Shown here: positions 46,118-55,901 of the stretch, one piece after another | Numbering within the stretch: position 1 is the first letter of the stretch | How the letters are laid out: every line of letters starts with the position of its first letter | NCBI GenBank assembly: GCA_050123335.1 | Contig: JASFHH010000001.1 | Location: 61,209-125,208 of the forward strand | Source of the DNA: Gammaproteobacteria bacterium | GTDB taxonomy: Bacteria; Pseudomonadota; Gammaproteobacteria; UBA12402 | DNA length: 64,000 nt | Direction of reading: 5' to 3' | The notes under the pieces: generated by a model | What the model saw: only the letters and a program-made list of their open reading frames with translations | Databases searched by the model: none | Told to the model about the DNA's origin: nothing | Program-made: the position numbers and the translations under genes

Positions 46118-47725
46118 ATGACAAAAAATGTTTTATTTTCACAGCAAGGCCAAAGTTCTCAATCTGATGTATTGGTAATCGGTAGTGGAATTGCGGCGTT
46201 AACTTATGTGTTAGAATTATTACGCATTAAACCTGATTGTCGAATTACTTTGATTACTAAAAAAGAATTAGCAGTGTGTAATAGCAGTTATGCTCAAGGA
46301 GGTATTGCAGCAGCGCTTAATGAGCAAAAGTCTCTTGAAAGTCATGTTGCAGATACATTGGCAGCGGGTGATGGGTTATCTGATCCAGAGATGGTTAGGC
46401 AAATTTTATCTTATGGGCCAGAAGCTATTAAGTTGTTAACTAAATATAATGTTGTTTTTGATCGTGATAATTCAAATTATGATTTAACCAAAGAAGGTGG
46501 CCATAGTGTACGTCGTATATATCGTGTTGGTGATCATACAGGCGAAGCAATTATTGATGCGTTAATACAGCAAGTAACACGATCCGCACAAGTTAAAATT
46601 TTTGAATATCATACGGCAGTTAATTTAATTACGAGTGACAACGAAGTATTAGGCGCTTATGTTTTAGATGAACAGCAGCATAAGATTCATACTTTTTTAG
46701 CTAATGTAGTAATATTGGCAACCGGTGGTGCGGGAAAAGTTTATCGTTACACCAGCAATTTAGATGTGGCAACAGGTGATGGTGTTGCAATGGCGTATCG
46801 TGTTGGTGCTCGCGTTAGTAATTTAGAATTTTATCAATTTCATCCCACATTATTATATAATCATCAGTTAAATAATTTTTTAATTTCTGAAAGTCTGCGT
46901 GGCGAAGGTGCATATTTATTAAATCCAGACACTGAAACACGTTTTATGCAAAAATATGCGCCGCAAAAAATGGAGTTAGCGACGCGTGATATTGTTGCGC
47001 GTGCAATTTATAATGAAATTGAGCGAAGCACACAAAAATATGTTTATTTAGATATTAGGCATAAATCACAGAAGTTTTTACAACAGCGTTTTCCGTATAT
47101 TTTTGAAACTCTATTAGGTGTTGGAATCAATATGAGTCGGGATTTAATTCCTGTGGTGCCAGCGGCGCATTATCTTTGTGGCGGCGTTTTGACTGATGTG
47201 AAAGGATGTACCGATATGCAGCGTTTATATGCAATTGGTGAAACTGCATGTACGGGTTTGCATGGTGCTAATCGCTTAGGAAGCAATTCATTGTTAGAAG
47301 GCGTGGTAATGGGGCATTGTGCAGCAGAAGATAGCGTACAGTGGATAGAGAAACCTCTTAAAAGTACAGAAATTTCTAATTGGTGTTCGAAATGTGTGAC
47401 CAATACTCGCCGTGCTAGTCAAATTAATGCGCATTGGCGAGGTTTGCGCGGTGAAATGTCGGCTTATGCTGGAATTGTGCGTACCAAAGAAGGTTTACAA
47501 GATTTGCTTAAATTAATTTTAACGCGGCGCGAAATGGTTGAGACTTATTATTGGAAACATGAAGTAACGCGTGATTTAATTGAATTGCGTAATATTCTTT
47601 TAGTAGCGGAATTGATGGTGCGTTCTGCGTTAGCGCGAAAAGAAAGTCGTGGTGGTCATTATCGTGAGGATTTTTCGGAGAAATTATCTAAAACTCAATC
47701 TTCAGTTTTACAAATTTCTTCTTGA
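46118..47725 (+). CDS. nadB: L-aspartate oxidase
   Basis: FAD motif 'VIGSGIAAL', 'AQGGIAA' and 'HPT', plus a C-terminal 'ESRGGHYRED'. Confidence 0.9.
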   Translation: MTKNVLFSQQGQSSQSDVLVIGSGIAALTYVLELLRIKPDCRITLITKKELAVCNSSYAQGGIAAALNEQKSLESHVADTLAAGDGLSDPEMVRQILSYGPEAIKLLTKYNVVFDRDNSNYDLTKEGGHSVRRIYRVGDHTGEAIIDALIQQVTRSAQVKIFEYHTAVNLITSDNEVLGAYVLDEQQHKIHTFLANVVILATGGAGKVYRYTSNLDVATGDGVAMAYRVGARVSNLEFYQFHPTLLYNHQLNNFLISESLRGEGAYLLNPDTETRFMQKYAPQKMELATRDIVARAIYNEIERSTQKYVYLDIRHKSQKFLQQRFPYIFETLLGVGINMSRDLIPVVPAAHYLCGGVLTDVKGCTDMQRLYAIGETACTGLHGANRLGSNSLLEGVVMGHCAAEDSVQWIEKPLKSTEISNWCSKCVTNTRRASQINAHWRGLRGEMSAYAGIVRTKEGLQDLLKLILTRREMVETYYWKHEVTRDLIELRNILLVAELMVRSALARKESRGGHYREDFSEKLSKTQSSVLQISS

Positions 47726-47801
47726 TTGATATAATTTGAATTATATTTCCTGAATTTGTAAAATGTATTAAAAAATAAAAGTTCAAAAAAAGGAGAATTT
47801 T

Positions 47802-48266
47802 ATGAAAAAATCACAGCATATTTCTTTCGAATGGCAAATGATTGAGCATGTTGTTAATATTGATGTGAAGTCTATTGACGATAAAGAAAAATTTTCTAGT
47901 GGAAAATTTGAGCGTATGGGGGTTGTAATTTTGGATGATGGTGAAACTACGTTTTTTAAAATTCAGGGTATTATATTTGGAATATTTGATACCAAGACAG
48001 AATTTACTGATGTTAAAAGTTTAGGATATATAGTTTTTTATTTTAATGATAATTCGAAGATTATTGCAGAAATATCTGGCAGTGAAAAAGTAACTTCAAC
48101 CGACCAACCACGTATATTTACTGGTAAAGGAAAATTTTTAAAAGGTACAGAAAAATTCAAAGGGATTAAAGGATCATTTACGTTTGAAGGAAGTTATGTA
48201 GATTCATCCCTTGATAAATCCGAACAATTTTCGCGTACGAAATTAATTGGTGAATATATTTTGTGA
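47802..48266 (+). CDS. Hypothetical protein
   Basis: 154-aa ORF with SD 'aaggag'. No domain recognised. Confidence 0.5.
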   Translation: MKKSQHISFEWQMIEHVVNIDVKSIDDKEKFSSGKFERMGVVILDDGETTFFKIQGIIFGIFDTKTEFTDVKSLGYIVFYFNDNSKIIAEISGSEKVTSTDQPRIFTGKGKFLKGTEKFKGIKGSFTFEGSYVDSSLDKSEQFSRTKLIGEYIL

Positions 48267-48299
48267 TTACGAATAGATGATAGATAATTGGTGCAAACT

Positions 48300-49577
48300 T
48301 CAATGTTGTGTGTTATTTTGGTGTTGTCCATAACTTTCTTTTAAAAATATAACTGCAATTAAACCAACGATAAGACATCCTGGCAGAGTTAGCATTGCAA
48401 GTTTATAATCGTGTGTACTGTAATATGGTACGTTATTTATAACAACTTTGTTGTGACTTAGGTCGAGAAATAGTCCAATGATTGGTTGTAAAGCTGAGCC
48501 AATTAAAATTGAAAACATGTTGGTAAAAGCAATCGCAGTAGCTATGGTTTTTGATGGGCTGATTTCTTTAGCGATTGCATAAGCAGTGGCGGTTCCAGCG
48601 TTACAAAAGCCATAATAAAATAATAAAACAAACATAGTTGGGATTGAAATATTAGGTAGATATAAAATTAGCAACATAAATAATAAGCTAGATATCAATG
48701 TAAATATTATTATTGGTTTGCGAAGTTGGAAGAAATCTGATGCCCATCCGATAATTGGTCCGCCTATAGCCCATCCAATAAAAATTACACTTACTGCGTT
48801 TGCGGCGATTGCAAGATGCCAATTGTTTACGCGATGAAGATATGATGGCCCCCATAATTCAGCAAAAGCCCCAGTTGGGGCATACATACAGCCAATGATT
48901 AAGGCGTTTAACCAAAGTTGTGGGTTTTTTAATAATATTTTAAAGTCATTAAAGATGGAGGTTTCTATTTTTGGTATGGCTCCTTCTGTAACTGTTTTTG
49001 TAATTTTGCGATCACGCAGAATAATACCGATAAGTAAAGCTAGCAATAATAATATTCCGCCAATTATCCAAATAGTTTGGCGCCAACCAAGTGTTATGAC
49101 TACAAGGGATAACGGGCCAACGCCAAGGGCGGCGCCAAGCATACCTAAGGCTTGTGTTGAGCTTGCCAAAACGCCAAAACGTGAAGGAGCAAACCACATT
49201 CCAGCAATTTTTAATGTACCCACAAAAGCAAATGCTGATCCTACTCCGAGTAAAAAACGGAAAACTTCAGCAGCAATGATGGAATCAGTGCAGGCAAATA
49301 ATATACAGCTAATTCCGCATAAAAATGTAGCGAAGGTTAATAATAAGCGAGTTCTGCAAAAATCAAATAATGCTCCGACTGGTAGCTGCATGCCAATATA
49401 TGCATAATATAAAAATGCGGATAAAGTACCAATGCTAAATGCGCTTACCTGGAAATGACGCATTAAATCATTGACCATCACGCTTGGAGCGACGCGCGCA
49501 AAATACGTTACAAGAAAGAATCCTGCTGCGAGTAACCACATGATCCAGCTTTTAAAGCCGTTTTCGGATTTTTGCAT
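48300..49577 (-). CDS. MFS transporter
   Basis: 425 aa with 12 hydrophobic segments. The overall pattern is similar to the MFS at 2609-3865. Confidence 0.8.
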   Translation of the reverse strand: MQKSENGFKSWIMWLLAAGFFLVTYFARVAPSVMVNDLMRHFQVSAFSIGTLSAFLYYAYIGMQLPVGALFDFCRTRLLLTFATFLCGISCILFACTDSIIAAEVFRFLLGVGSAFAFVGTLKIAGMWFAPSRFGVLASSTQALGMLGAALGVGPLSLVVITLGWRQTIWIIGGILLLLALLIGIILRDRKITKTVTEGAIPKIETSIFNDFKILLKNPQLWLNALIIGCMYAPTGAFAELWGPSYLHRVNNWHLAIAANAVSVIFIGWAIGGPIIGWASDFFQLRKPIIIFTLISSLLFMLLILYLPNISIPTMFVLLFYYGFCNAGTATAYAIAKEISPSKTIATAIAFTNMFSILIGSALQPIIGLFLDLSHNKVVINNVPYYSTHDYKLAMLTLPGCLIVGLIAVIFLKESYGQHQNNTQH

Positions 49578-49733
49578 AATGTATTGATGTTATATTAATT
49601 TTTTAGTTTTGCAAGGTGGTATTGGCACGAAACCCACATGTTTTTGTACAATTTTTTACCAATAGTTATGATGTGTCGCTTTCATTCAATAAGCATATAA
49701 TGATATAATATGCGCAAAATATAAGGACTTACT

Positions 49734-51182
49734 ATGTTACAGAAATTCAAACTAACCAAGACCACTTTTCCTAAAACAGGGATGGTTTTAAATCCTGATA
49801 TGGATGTTTGTCAGACTGATTATCCGCTTGATTGGTATCAGGAAGAATTTATTCCTTATGCTGAAGAATATTTAGCACTGCCTGATCGTAAGCCTAAAAC
49901 AATTATCAATTGGATGAAAAAATATGTTAATCCGGCGATAGATTATTTTGGTGATAAATTATTGTTGTTAGCGCATTATTATATGGGTGGTGAAATTGTA
50001 AAATTGGTTGAAATTTTTGGCGGGCAGGTGGGCGATTCGTATCAATTAGCTTTGATGGCAATGCGACATCCAGAAAAGAAGTTGATTGTTGAATCTGCGG
50101 TGCATTTTATGGCGGAAACCATTTCGATTTTAGCCAATCCTGATCAGCGAGTTTTTATTACTAATCCCAAAGCTGGTTGCACTATGGAACTTAATGCTAA
50201 GGATTATATGGTTGAGCCGGCATTAAATGATTTAGTTGAGCGTTACGGTAGAAATAATATTTTGCCTATTTGTTACGTGAATACTTCCGGTAGAATTAAA
50301 GCTTTAACCGGCGAATTTGGCGGCGCGACTTGTACCAGTTCAAATGTAAAAAAGATCTTTGAATGGGCATTAAAACAAAATAAGAAAATCTTATTTATTC
50401 CTGATCAACATATGGGAGAAAATGTTGCGGGATGGCTTGATATTCCGTCGGAAAAAATTGCTTATTGGCCTGGCGGAGAAGAAGGTGCAAATTATGATTT
50501 GTTTAGACAGGATGAAAAAACTTTAAAGCGTTTTGATGAATCGCAATTGGTTTTGTTTTGCAGTTTTTGTGGTGTGCATACTTATTTTGAGCCGGAAATG
50601 GTAGATTATTGGCATGAAAAAAAATTCACCGTATTAGTTCATCCGGAATGCAAAAAAGTTACTGCTGATAGAGCAGATGGCGCTGGTTCGACTGCGTATT
50701 TGTGGCAAAAAGTTATTAATGATGAATTTAAAACTAAGCATTATGCAGTAGGTACTGAAAATCACATGGTGCAGAATTTAAAAGAAGCAGCTGCTGCAAA
50801 AGGAATTACTGTGGTTAATTTGGCGGATGCACTTTTTCCCGATGGGGGTTCCCAGGGGGAGAATCGGGATTCTCCCCCTGGGTCGCCGAGCGCGAATTTA
50901 CTTCGCGCCGGCGATAAATTAAAGGAACGAGTTTCGCAGAAACTCGTGAAAGGTTTGGGTTGTGGTTGTGCGACAATGTCACGTAACGATCCACCACATT
51001 TGGTGGCAACGTTAGATTTATTACGTCAAGGTCGTGCGCCGGATTATAATGAAGTAAAAGCAGGCGATGTTATTGCTGATTTTTCTGGAACACGTTTGCG
51101 TTTAGATGAAGCCGGACAAAAATGGGTGATTGAGAATGCCCGAATCGCCTTGGAGAATATGATTAAAATTACAGAGAGTTAA
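49734..51182 (+). CDS. nadA: Quinolinate synthase NadA (long form, with in-frame GC-rich insertion)
   Basis: 'LLAHYYMGGEI', 'GDSYQLA', 'HFMAETISIL' and 'AGCTME' match NadA. The C-terminal 'GCGCATMSRND' carries a cluster Cys. Confidence 0.8.
   Translation: MLQKFKLTKTTFPKTGMVLNPDMDVCQTDYPLDWYQEEFIPYAEEYLALPDRKPKTIINWMKKYVNPAIDYFGDKLLLLAHYYMGGEIVKLVEIFGGQVGDSYQLALMAMRHPEKKLIVESAVHFMAETISILANPDQRVFITNPKAGCTMELNAKDYMVEPALNDLVERYGRNNILPICYVNTSGRIKALTGEFGGATCTSSNVKKIFEWALKQNKKILFIPDQHMGENVAGWLDIPSEKIAYWPGGEEGANYDLFRQDEKTLKRFDESQLVLFCSFCGVHTYFEPEMVDYWHEKKFTVLVHPECKKVTADRADGAGSTAYLWQKVINDEFKTKHYAVGTENHMVQNLKEAAAAKGITVVNLADALFPDGGSQGENRDSPPGSPSANLLRAGDKLKERVSQKLVKGLGCGCATMSRNDPPHLVATLDLLRQGRAPDYNEVKAGDVIADFSGTRLRLDEAGQKWVIENARIALENMIKITES
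50836..50950. repeat. GC-rich triple-hairpin insertion inside nadA
   Basis: The hairpins are 'cccagggggagaatc-gg-gattctccccctggg' (50851-50882), 'gccgagcgcgaa-tttac-ttcgcgccggc' (50885-50912) and 'acgagttt-cgcag-aaactcgt' (50928-50947). Confidence 0.8.
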
Positions 51183-51192
51183 TATTTGAGCT

Positions 51193-51268
51193 TGTCATCC
51201 CGGATCCAGTCAGTTGATCCGGGATCCAGGCTGTTATTTTCTGGATTCCCGCTTGCGCGGGAATGACA
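51193..51268. repeat. Degenerate copy of the pilC-type palindromic element (TGTCATCCCG...CGGGAATGACA)
   Basis: The ends match the ends of the 42009-42089 element. It is intergenic between nadA and the HD gene and translates as '..SRLRGND..'. Confidence 0.75.
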
Positions 51269-51282
51269 GATTAGGGAAATTA

Positions 51283-52659
51283 ATGCAAAACAACATCTTC
51301 CACATCATTAAAGATCCCGTTCACGGTGTAATGCAATTTACTACCGAAGAAGATAACTGGATTAAACCTTTTATCAGCAGTGCTAATTTTCAGCGGCAGC
51401 GCAATATTAAACAATTGGGCTTAACTGACTGGATTTTTCCTGGTGCGGTTCACACGCGATTTAATCACGGTCTTGGTTGTTGTTATATTGCAAGCCAAAT
51501 TGTAAATAAATTGGGTTTGAGTAGAAGTGAACGGCAACTAGTTATTTTAGCATGCTTATTGCATGATATTGGACATGGTCCTTTTTCGCATACTTTTGAA
51601 GATGTGTTTTTTCAGCGCGCCATCCAGCACGAAATGTGGACTCCAATGTTTTTGGAAGATTTTGCCAGTGTTGATTTCTTAACGAAATTTAATACCTTAA
51701 ATCCACAATCTAAATTAGATCAGACAAAAATTAATAAAATTCAGAATCTTATTATGCATCGTGAATCTGATAATTATTTATTATCAGATATTGTTTCATC
51801 ACAACTTGATGCGGATCGCTTGGATTATTTGTTGCGTGATAGTCATTTTTGTGGAGTGACTTATGGTGAATATGATTTTCGTTGGTTATTACATTGTTTA
51901 ATTCCAATTGAACAAAATGGAGTGAAGCGTTTAGGTATTACGCATAAAGGTGTTGGAGTGGTAGAGCAATATTTAATGGCGCGGCGTTTAATGATTCGTA
52001 ATGTTTATCAAAATGGTAAAAAACATGGAGTTGAGTATTTATTAAAAGAATTTTTACATCATTTGGCTAATGATGTTGCACATCAGGAAAAATTTTTGAA
52101 ATTAGAGGGTTATAATTCATTGGTACATTTTTTGCAAAATGTGAATCATTTTAATCAACATGCCAATAAAACCAAAAATTTGGAACCAGTTGTAAATAGT
52201 TTTTTGCATGAAAATTATAAGCTGTACAAAGAATTATGTGATTATGATATTTTGGCAATGATTCGTTATTTAGCCGGCTTGGATAGCGATCATGCAACTA
52301 TTTTATTGGCAAAACGCTTGCAGCATAGAATTTTACCAAAAATTTTATACGTGCATGAGAAACATGTTAAACATGCAGATGCAATAGTTAAAGAATTCAA
52401 ACAGCATAATCGCAAAGCAATTGATGATTGGCAAATAGCTTTATTGAAATTACCGCATTTATCTTATGCTGTTAATAAAGATCCTATTTTGGTGCGGGAT
52501 TTTTCAGGTACAGCTAATTATTTGCATGATAATTCGATGATGATTAGTGCAATATCAGATAAGTATGAAAGTGCTTATTTAGTAGTGATTGATGCGGAGA
52601 TTATTAACAGAACGCAAGTTGTGGATTTGATAGAGCGATTAAGGAGAGAAATTAAATGA
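51283..52659 (+). CDS. HD-domain phosphohydrolase (SAMHD1/dNTPase-like)
   Basis: 'IKDPVHG', 'TRFNHGLG', 'LLHDIGHGPFSH' and 'DADRLDYLLRD'. ATG 51283 is chosen because the upstream extension is repeat-derived. Confidence 0.8.
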   Translation: MQNNIFHIIKDPVHGVMQFTTEEDNWIKPFISSANFQRQRNIKQLGLTDWIFPGAVHTRFNHGLGCCYIASQIVNKLGLSRSERQLVILACLLHDIGHGPFSHTFEDVFFQRAIQHEMWTPMFLEDFASVDFLTKFNTLNPQSKLDQTKINKIQNLIMHRESDNYLLSDIVSSQLDADRLDYLLRDSHFCGVTYGEYDFRWLLHCLIPIEQNGVKRLGITHKGVGVVEQYLMARRLMIRNVYQNGKKHGVEYLLKEFLHHLANDVAHQEKFLKLEGYNSLVHFLQNVNHFNQHANKTKNLEPVVNSFLHENYKLYKELCDYDILAMIRYLAGLDSDHATILLAKRLQHRILPKILYVHEKHVKHADAIVKEFKQHNRKAIDDWQIALLKLPHLSYAVNKDPILVRDFSGTANYLHDNSMMISAISDKYESAYLVVIDAEIINRTQVVDLIERLRREIK

Positions 52660-54020
52660 AGTTAAGTGTTATTATTTTGGCTGCTGGCGATGGTAAACGT
52701 ATGCGTAGTAATTTACCAAAAGTATTGCATGAAGTAGCCGGTAAGCCATTATTGCAGCACGTAATTGATGTTGCAAAACAACTAAAACCGCAAAATATTT
52801 ATGTTGTATATGGTGAAAAAGGCGGTGAACAAGTGATGCAGCAAATAGGTGATATGTCTGTTACTTGGGTTAAGCAAGCGCAGCCTTTAGGTACCGGACA
52901 TGCTGTTTTGCAGGTATTGCCTTTTTTAAAATCAGATCATCGAGTGTTGATTTTGTATGGTGATGTGCCATTAATTGCAGTTACTACTTTGGAAAAATTA
53001 ATTAAGACAACTCCAGCAAATAATGTCGGATGGCTAACTATGCAAGTAGATAATCCAATAGGTTTGGGGCGGATTATTCGTGATACTGATGGTCATCCAC
53101 AAGCAATTGTTGAGGAAAGAGATGCAGATACCGCGCAGAAAAAAATAAAAGAGATTTTTACAGGCATTTGTTTGATGCCAGTTAAGTATTTGGAAAAATG
53201 GTTAGCAAAATTAAGTAACAAAAATGCGCAAGGCGAATATTATTTAACTGAGATTTTTGCGCATGCCATTGATGACGGAATTAAAATTACTACTAATCAT
53301 CCGGTTGCAGAAAAAGAAATTTTAGGGGTAAATAGTAAAGATCAATTGGCGAAATTGGAACGAATTTGGCAATTAGATAATGCTAATCAATGTATGTTAA
53401 ATGGATTAACTTTGCGTGATCCATCACGTTTTGATGTGCGTGGTACTTTAAAATTTGGTCAAGATGTTGTGTGTGATGTGAATGTGATTATCGAAGGTAA
53501 TGTGGTAATTGGTAATAATTGTTATATTGGTCCTCATGTTTATTTGCGCGATGTTACGATTGCAGATAATGTTGGGATTTTTGCTAATACAATGATTGAT
53601 AAAGCTACGATTGAAGAAGGGTGTTTAATTGGCCCGTTTTCCAGAGTTCGTCCGGAAACTGTTTTGCATAGCAAAGCAAAAATTGGTAATTTTGTAGAAA
53701 TTAAAAAGAGTGATATTGGATCTGGCAGTAAAATAAATCATTTAAGTTATGTTGGCGATACGGTTATGGGTGCGCATGTTAATGTTGGTGCTGGTACTAT
53801 TACTTGTAATTATGACGGGGTGCATAAATATAAAACTACGATTGAAGATAATGTGTTTATTGGTTCTAGCACTCAATTAATTGCACCGTTGACAGTGGGG
53901 CACGATGCAACAATTGGTGCAGGGTCTACGATTACCCAGGATGTGCCAAGCGATTATTTAACTTTAGCGCGAACCAAACAAGTAACGATTGAAGGGTGGC
54001 AGAAGCCGTCTAAAAAATGA
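52656..54020 (+). CDS. glmU: Bifunctional UDP-N-acetylglucosamine pyrophosphorylase / GlcN-1-P acetyltransferase
   Basis: 'ILAAGDGKRM', 'LPKVLH' and C-terminal hexapeptide repeats. The start overlaps the HD gene stop (ATGA). Confidence 0.9.
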   Translation: MKLSVIILAAGDGKRMRSNLPKVLHEVAGKPLLQHVIDVAKQLKPQNIYVVYGEKGGEQVMQQIGDMSVTWVKQAQPLGTGHAVLQVLPFLKSDHRVLILYGDVPLIAVTTLEKLIKTTPANNVGWLTMQVDNPIGLGRIIRDTDGHPQAIVEERDADTAQKKIKEIFTGICLMPVKYLEKWLAKLSNKNAQGEYYLTEIFAHAIDDGIKITTNHPVAEKEILGVNSKDQLAKLERIWQLDNANQCMLNGLTLRDPSRFDVRGTLKFGQDVVCDVNVIIEGNVVIGNNCYIGPHVYLRDVTIADNVGIFANTMIDKATIEEGCLIGPFSRVRPETVLHSKAKIGNFVEIKKSDIGSGSKINHLSYVGDTVMGAHVNVGAGTITCNYDGVHKYKTTIEDNVFIGSSTQLIAPLTVGHDATIGAGSTITQDVPSDYLTLARTKQVTIEGWQKPSKK

Positions 54021-54030
54021 GGAAATGAAT

Positions 54031-55860
54031 ATGTGCGGAATTGTTGGTGCAATTGCTCAGCGTGATGTTGGTGAGATTTTATTAGAAGGTTTAAAACGTT
54101 TAGAATATCGTGGTTATGATTCAGCAGGCCTGGCAATTTTTGATCGTCAGCAAATAATTAAAAATTTGCGGGTTAAAGGCAAAGTTGCAAAATTAGTTTC
54201 TTTGTATACTAATAATATCATTTCAGGTTCTTTGGGTATTGCACACACGCGTTGGGCTACGCATGGAAAGCCAAGTGTGCGCAATGCACATCCGCATTGT
54301 TCTGATAATGTGGTTGCATTAGTTCATAATGGGATCATTGAAAATTATCTTGAAATTAAACAAAATTTAATTGCGCAAAATTACGAATTTTCCAGTGAAA
54401 CTGATACGGAAGTGATTGCGCATTTGCTGCATATGCAGCTAAATAAATCTAACAATTTATTAGATGCTGTGCGTAATGCAGTTGCACAATTAAAAGGTGC
54501 TTATGCTTTAGGTATTATCTCAAAAAGAGATCCTGATAGATTAATTGCGGTGCGTTATGGTAGCCCTTTAGTGATCGGAATTGGAATAGGCGAGAATTTT
54601 ATTGCTTCAGATACATTGGCATTGTTACCGGTCACACAAAAATTTATCTTTTTGAAAGATGGTGATATCGCTGATATTAGGCGTGATAAAATTACCATTT
54701 ACGATAAAAATGGCAAAGTTGTTAAACGCAAGATTTTTACATCAAATATGACGGCTGATAATGTTCAACTTGGTGAGTATCGACACTATATGTTGAAAGA
54801 AATTTTTGAGCAGCCGGAGGCTTTACAAAAAACTTTATCCGGTTGTATTGGGAATAACAGAATTTTACCCGAAGTTTTTGGCGCGGATGCAGCAAAGATT
54901 TTTGCTAAAACCCGGCAAGTGCAGATTGTGGCTTGCGGCACCAGTTATCATGCAGCATTAGTTGCAAGTTATTGGATAGAAGAACTTGCAGATATTCCAT
55001 GTCGAGTAAAGATTGCCAGCGAATTTCGTTATCGTCATATAGCAGTGACGCCGAATACTTTACTTGTAACAATTTCACAGTCTGGTGAGACAGCTGATAC
55101 TTTGGCGGCGTTACATAAAGCTAAAAATATGGGTTATCTTGCAACGCTTGCAATTTGTAATGTTCCTGAAAGTGCTTTAGTTCGTGAATCTGATTTGGTG
55201 TTTTTAACGCGAGCCGGCAGGGAGATTGGTGTGGCTTCTACCAAGGCATTTACTGCGCAATTGTTGGCATTATTGTTGTTAAGTATAACTTTAGCTCAGG
55301 ATAAAATAATACCATCTCGGCTCAAGCATTTGCTTCATTTGCTGCGAACTTTGCCGCAAGCAGTTCGTTGTGCTTTAGAGTTAAATGATAAAGTGAAGCA
55401 TTTAGCTGATTTGTTTATTAATAAGCAGCATGCTTTGTTTTTGGGAAGGGGAATTGAATATCCTATTGCTAAAGAGGGCGCACTAAAATTAAAAGAGATT
55501 TCTTATGTGCATGCAGAAAGTTATCCGGCGGGTGAATTAAAACATGGTCCATTAGCATTAGTTGATGATAGTATGCCGGTAATCGCAGTTGCGCCGACTG
55601 ATGATTTGTTAGAAAAATTAAAATCTAATCTTGAAGAAGTGCGGGCACGAGGTGGTCAATTAATTGTGTTTACGGATCATGATTCCGGAATTAAAAATAC
55701 TAAGGATATTATTAGTTTAAAAATTGAAATGGTTGATACGATAATTGCACCAATTGTATTTACAGTACCGTTGCAATTATTGGCATATCATGTGGCGGTT
55801 ATTAAGGGAACTGATGTTGATCACCCGAGAAATCTGGCTAAATCGGTAACAGTGGAGTGA
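54031..55860 (+). CDS. glmS: Glutamine--fructose-6-phosphate aminotransferase
   Basis: 'MCGIVGA' N-terminal nucleophile, two SIS domains, and a C-terminal 'AKSVTVE'. Confidence 0.9.
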   Translation: MCGIVGAIAQRDVGEILLEGLKRLEYRGYDSAGLAIFDRQQIIKNLRVKGKVAKLVSLYTNNIISGSLGIAHTRWATHGKPSVRNAHPHCSDNVVALVHNGIIENYLEIKQNLIAQNYEFSSETDTEVIAHLLHMQLNKSNNLLDAVRNAVAQLKGAYALGIISKRDPDRLIAVRYGSPLVIGIGIGENFIASDTLALLPVTQKFIFLKDGDIADIRRDKITIYDKNGKVVKRKIFTSNMTADNVQLGEYRHYMLKEIFEQPEALQKTLSGCIGNNRILPEVFGADAAKIFAKTRQVQIVACGTSYHAALVASYWIEELADIPCRVKIASEFRYRHIAVTPNTLLVTISQSGETADTLAALHKAKNMGYLATLAICNVPESALVRESDLVFLTRAGREIGVASTKAFTAQLLALLLLSITLAQDKIIPSRLKHLLHLLRTLPQAVRCALELNDKVKHLADLFINKQHALFLGRGIEYPIAKEGALKLKEISYVHAESYPAGELKHGPLALVDDSMPVIAVAPTDDLLEKLKSNLEEVRARGGQLIVFTDHDSGIKNTKDIISLKIEMVDTIIAPIVFTVPLQLLAYHVAVIKGTDVDHPRNLAKSVTVE

Positions 55861-55901
55861 GTAAATTTTCTGCTATTTTTTAAAGTTAACAGGAGATTGG
55901 T

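Noticed and set aside
49634-49652. 'TGGCACgaaacccaca' sigma54-like -24 box upstream of nadA.
   Set aside because: There is no TTGC -12 element at the required spacing.
51283-52659. The HD-domain SAMHD1-like dNTPase as a possible anti-phage dNTP-depletion defence gene.
   Set aside because: It is translationally coupled to glmU in a housekeeping operon and has no defence-island neighbours. It is more likely a conserved nucleotide-metabolism enzyme. This cannot be excluded without phylogeny.
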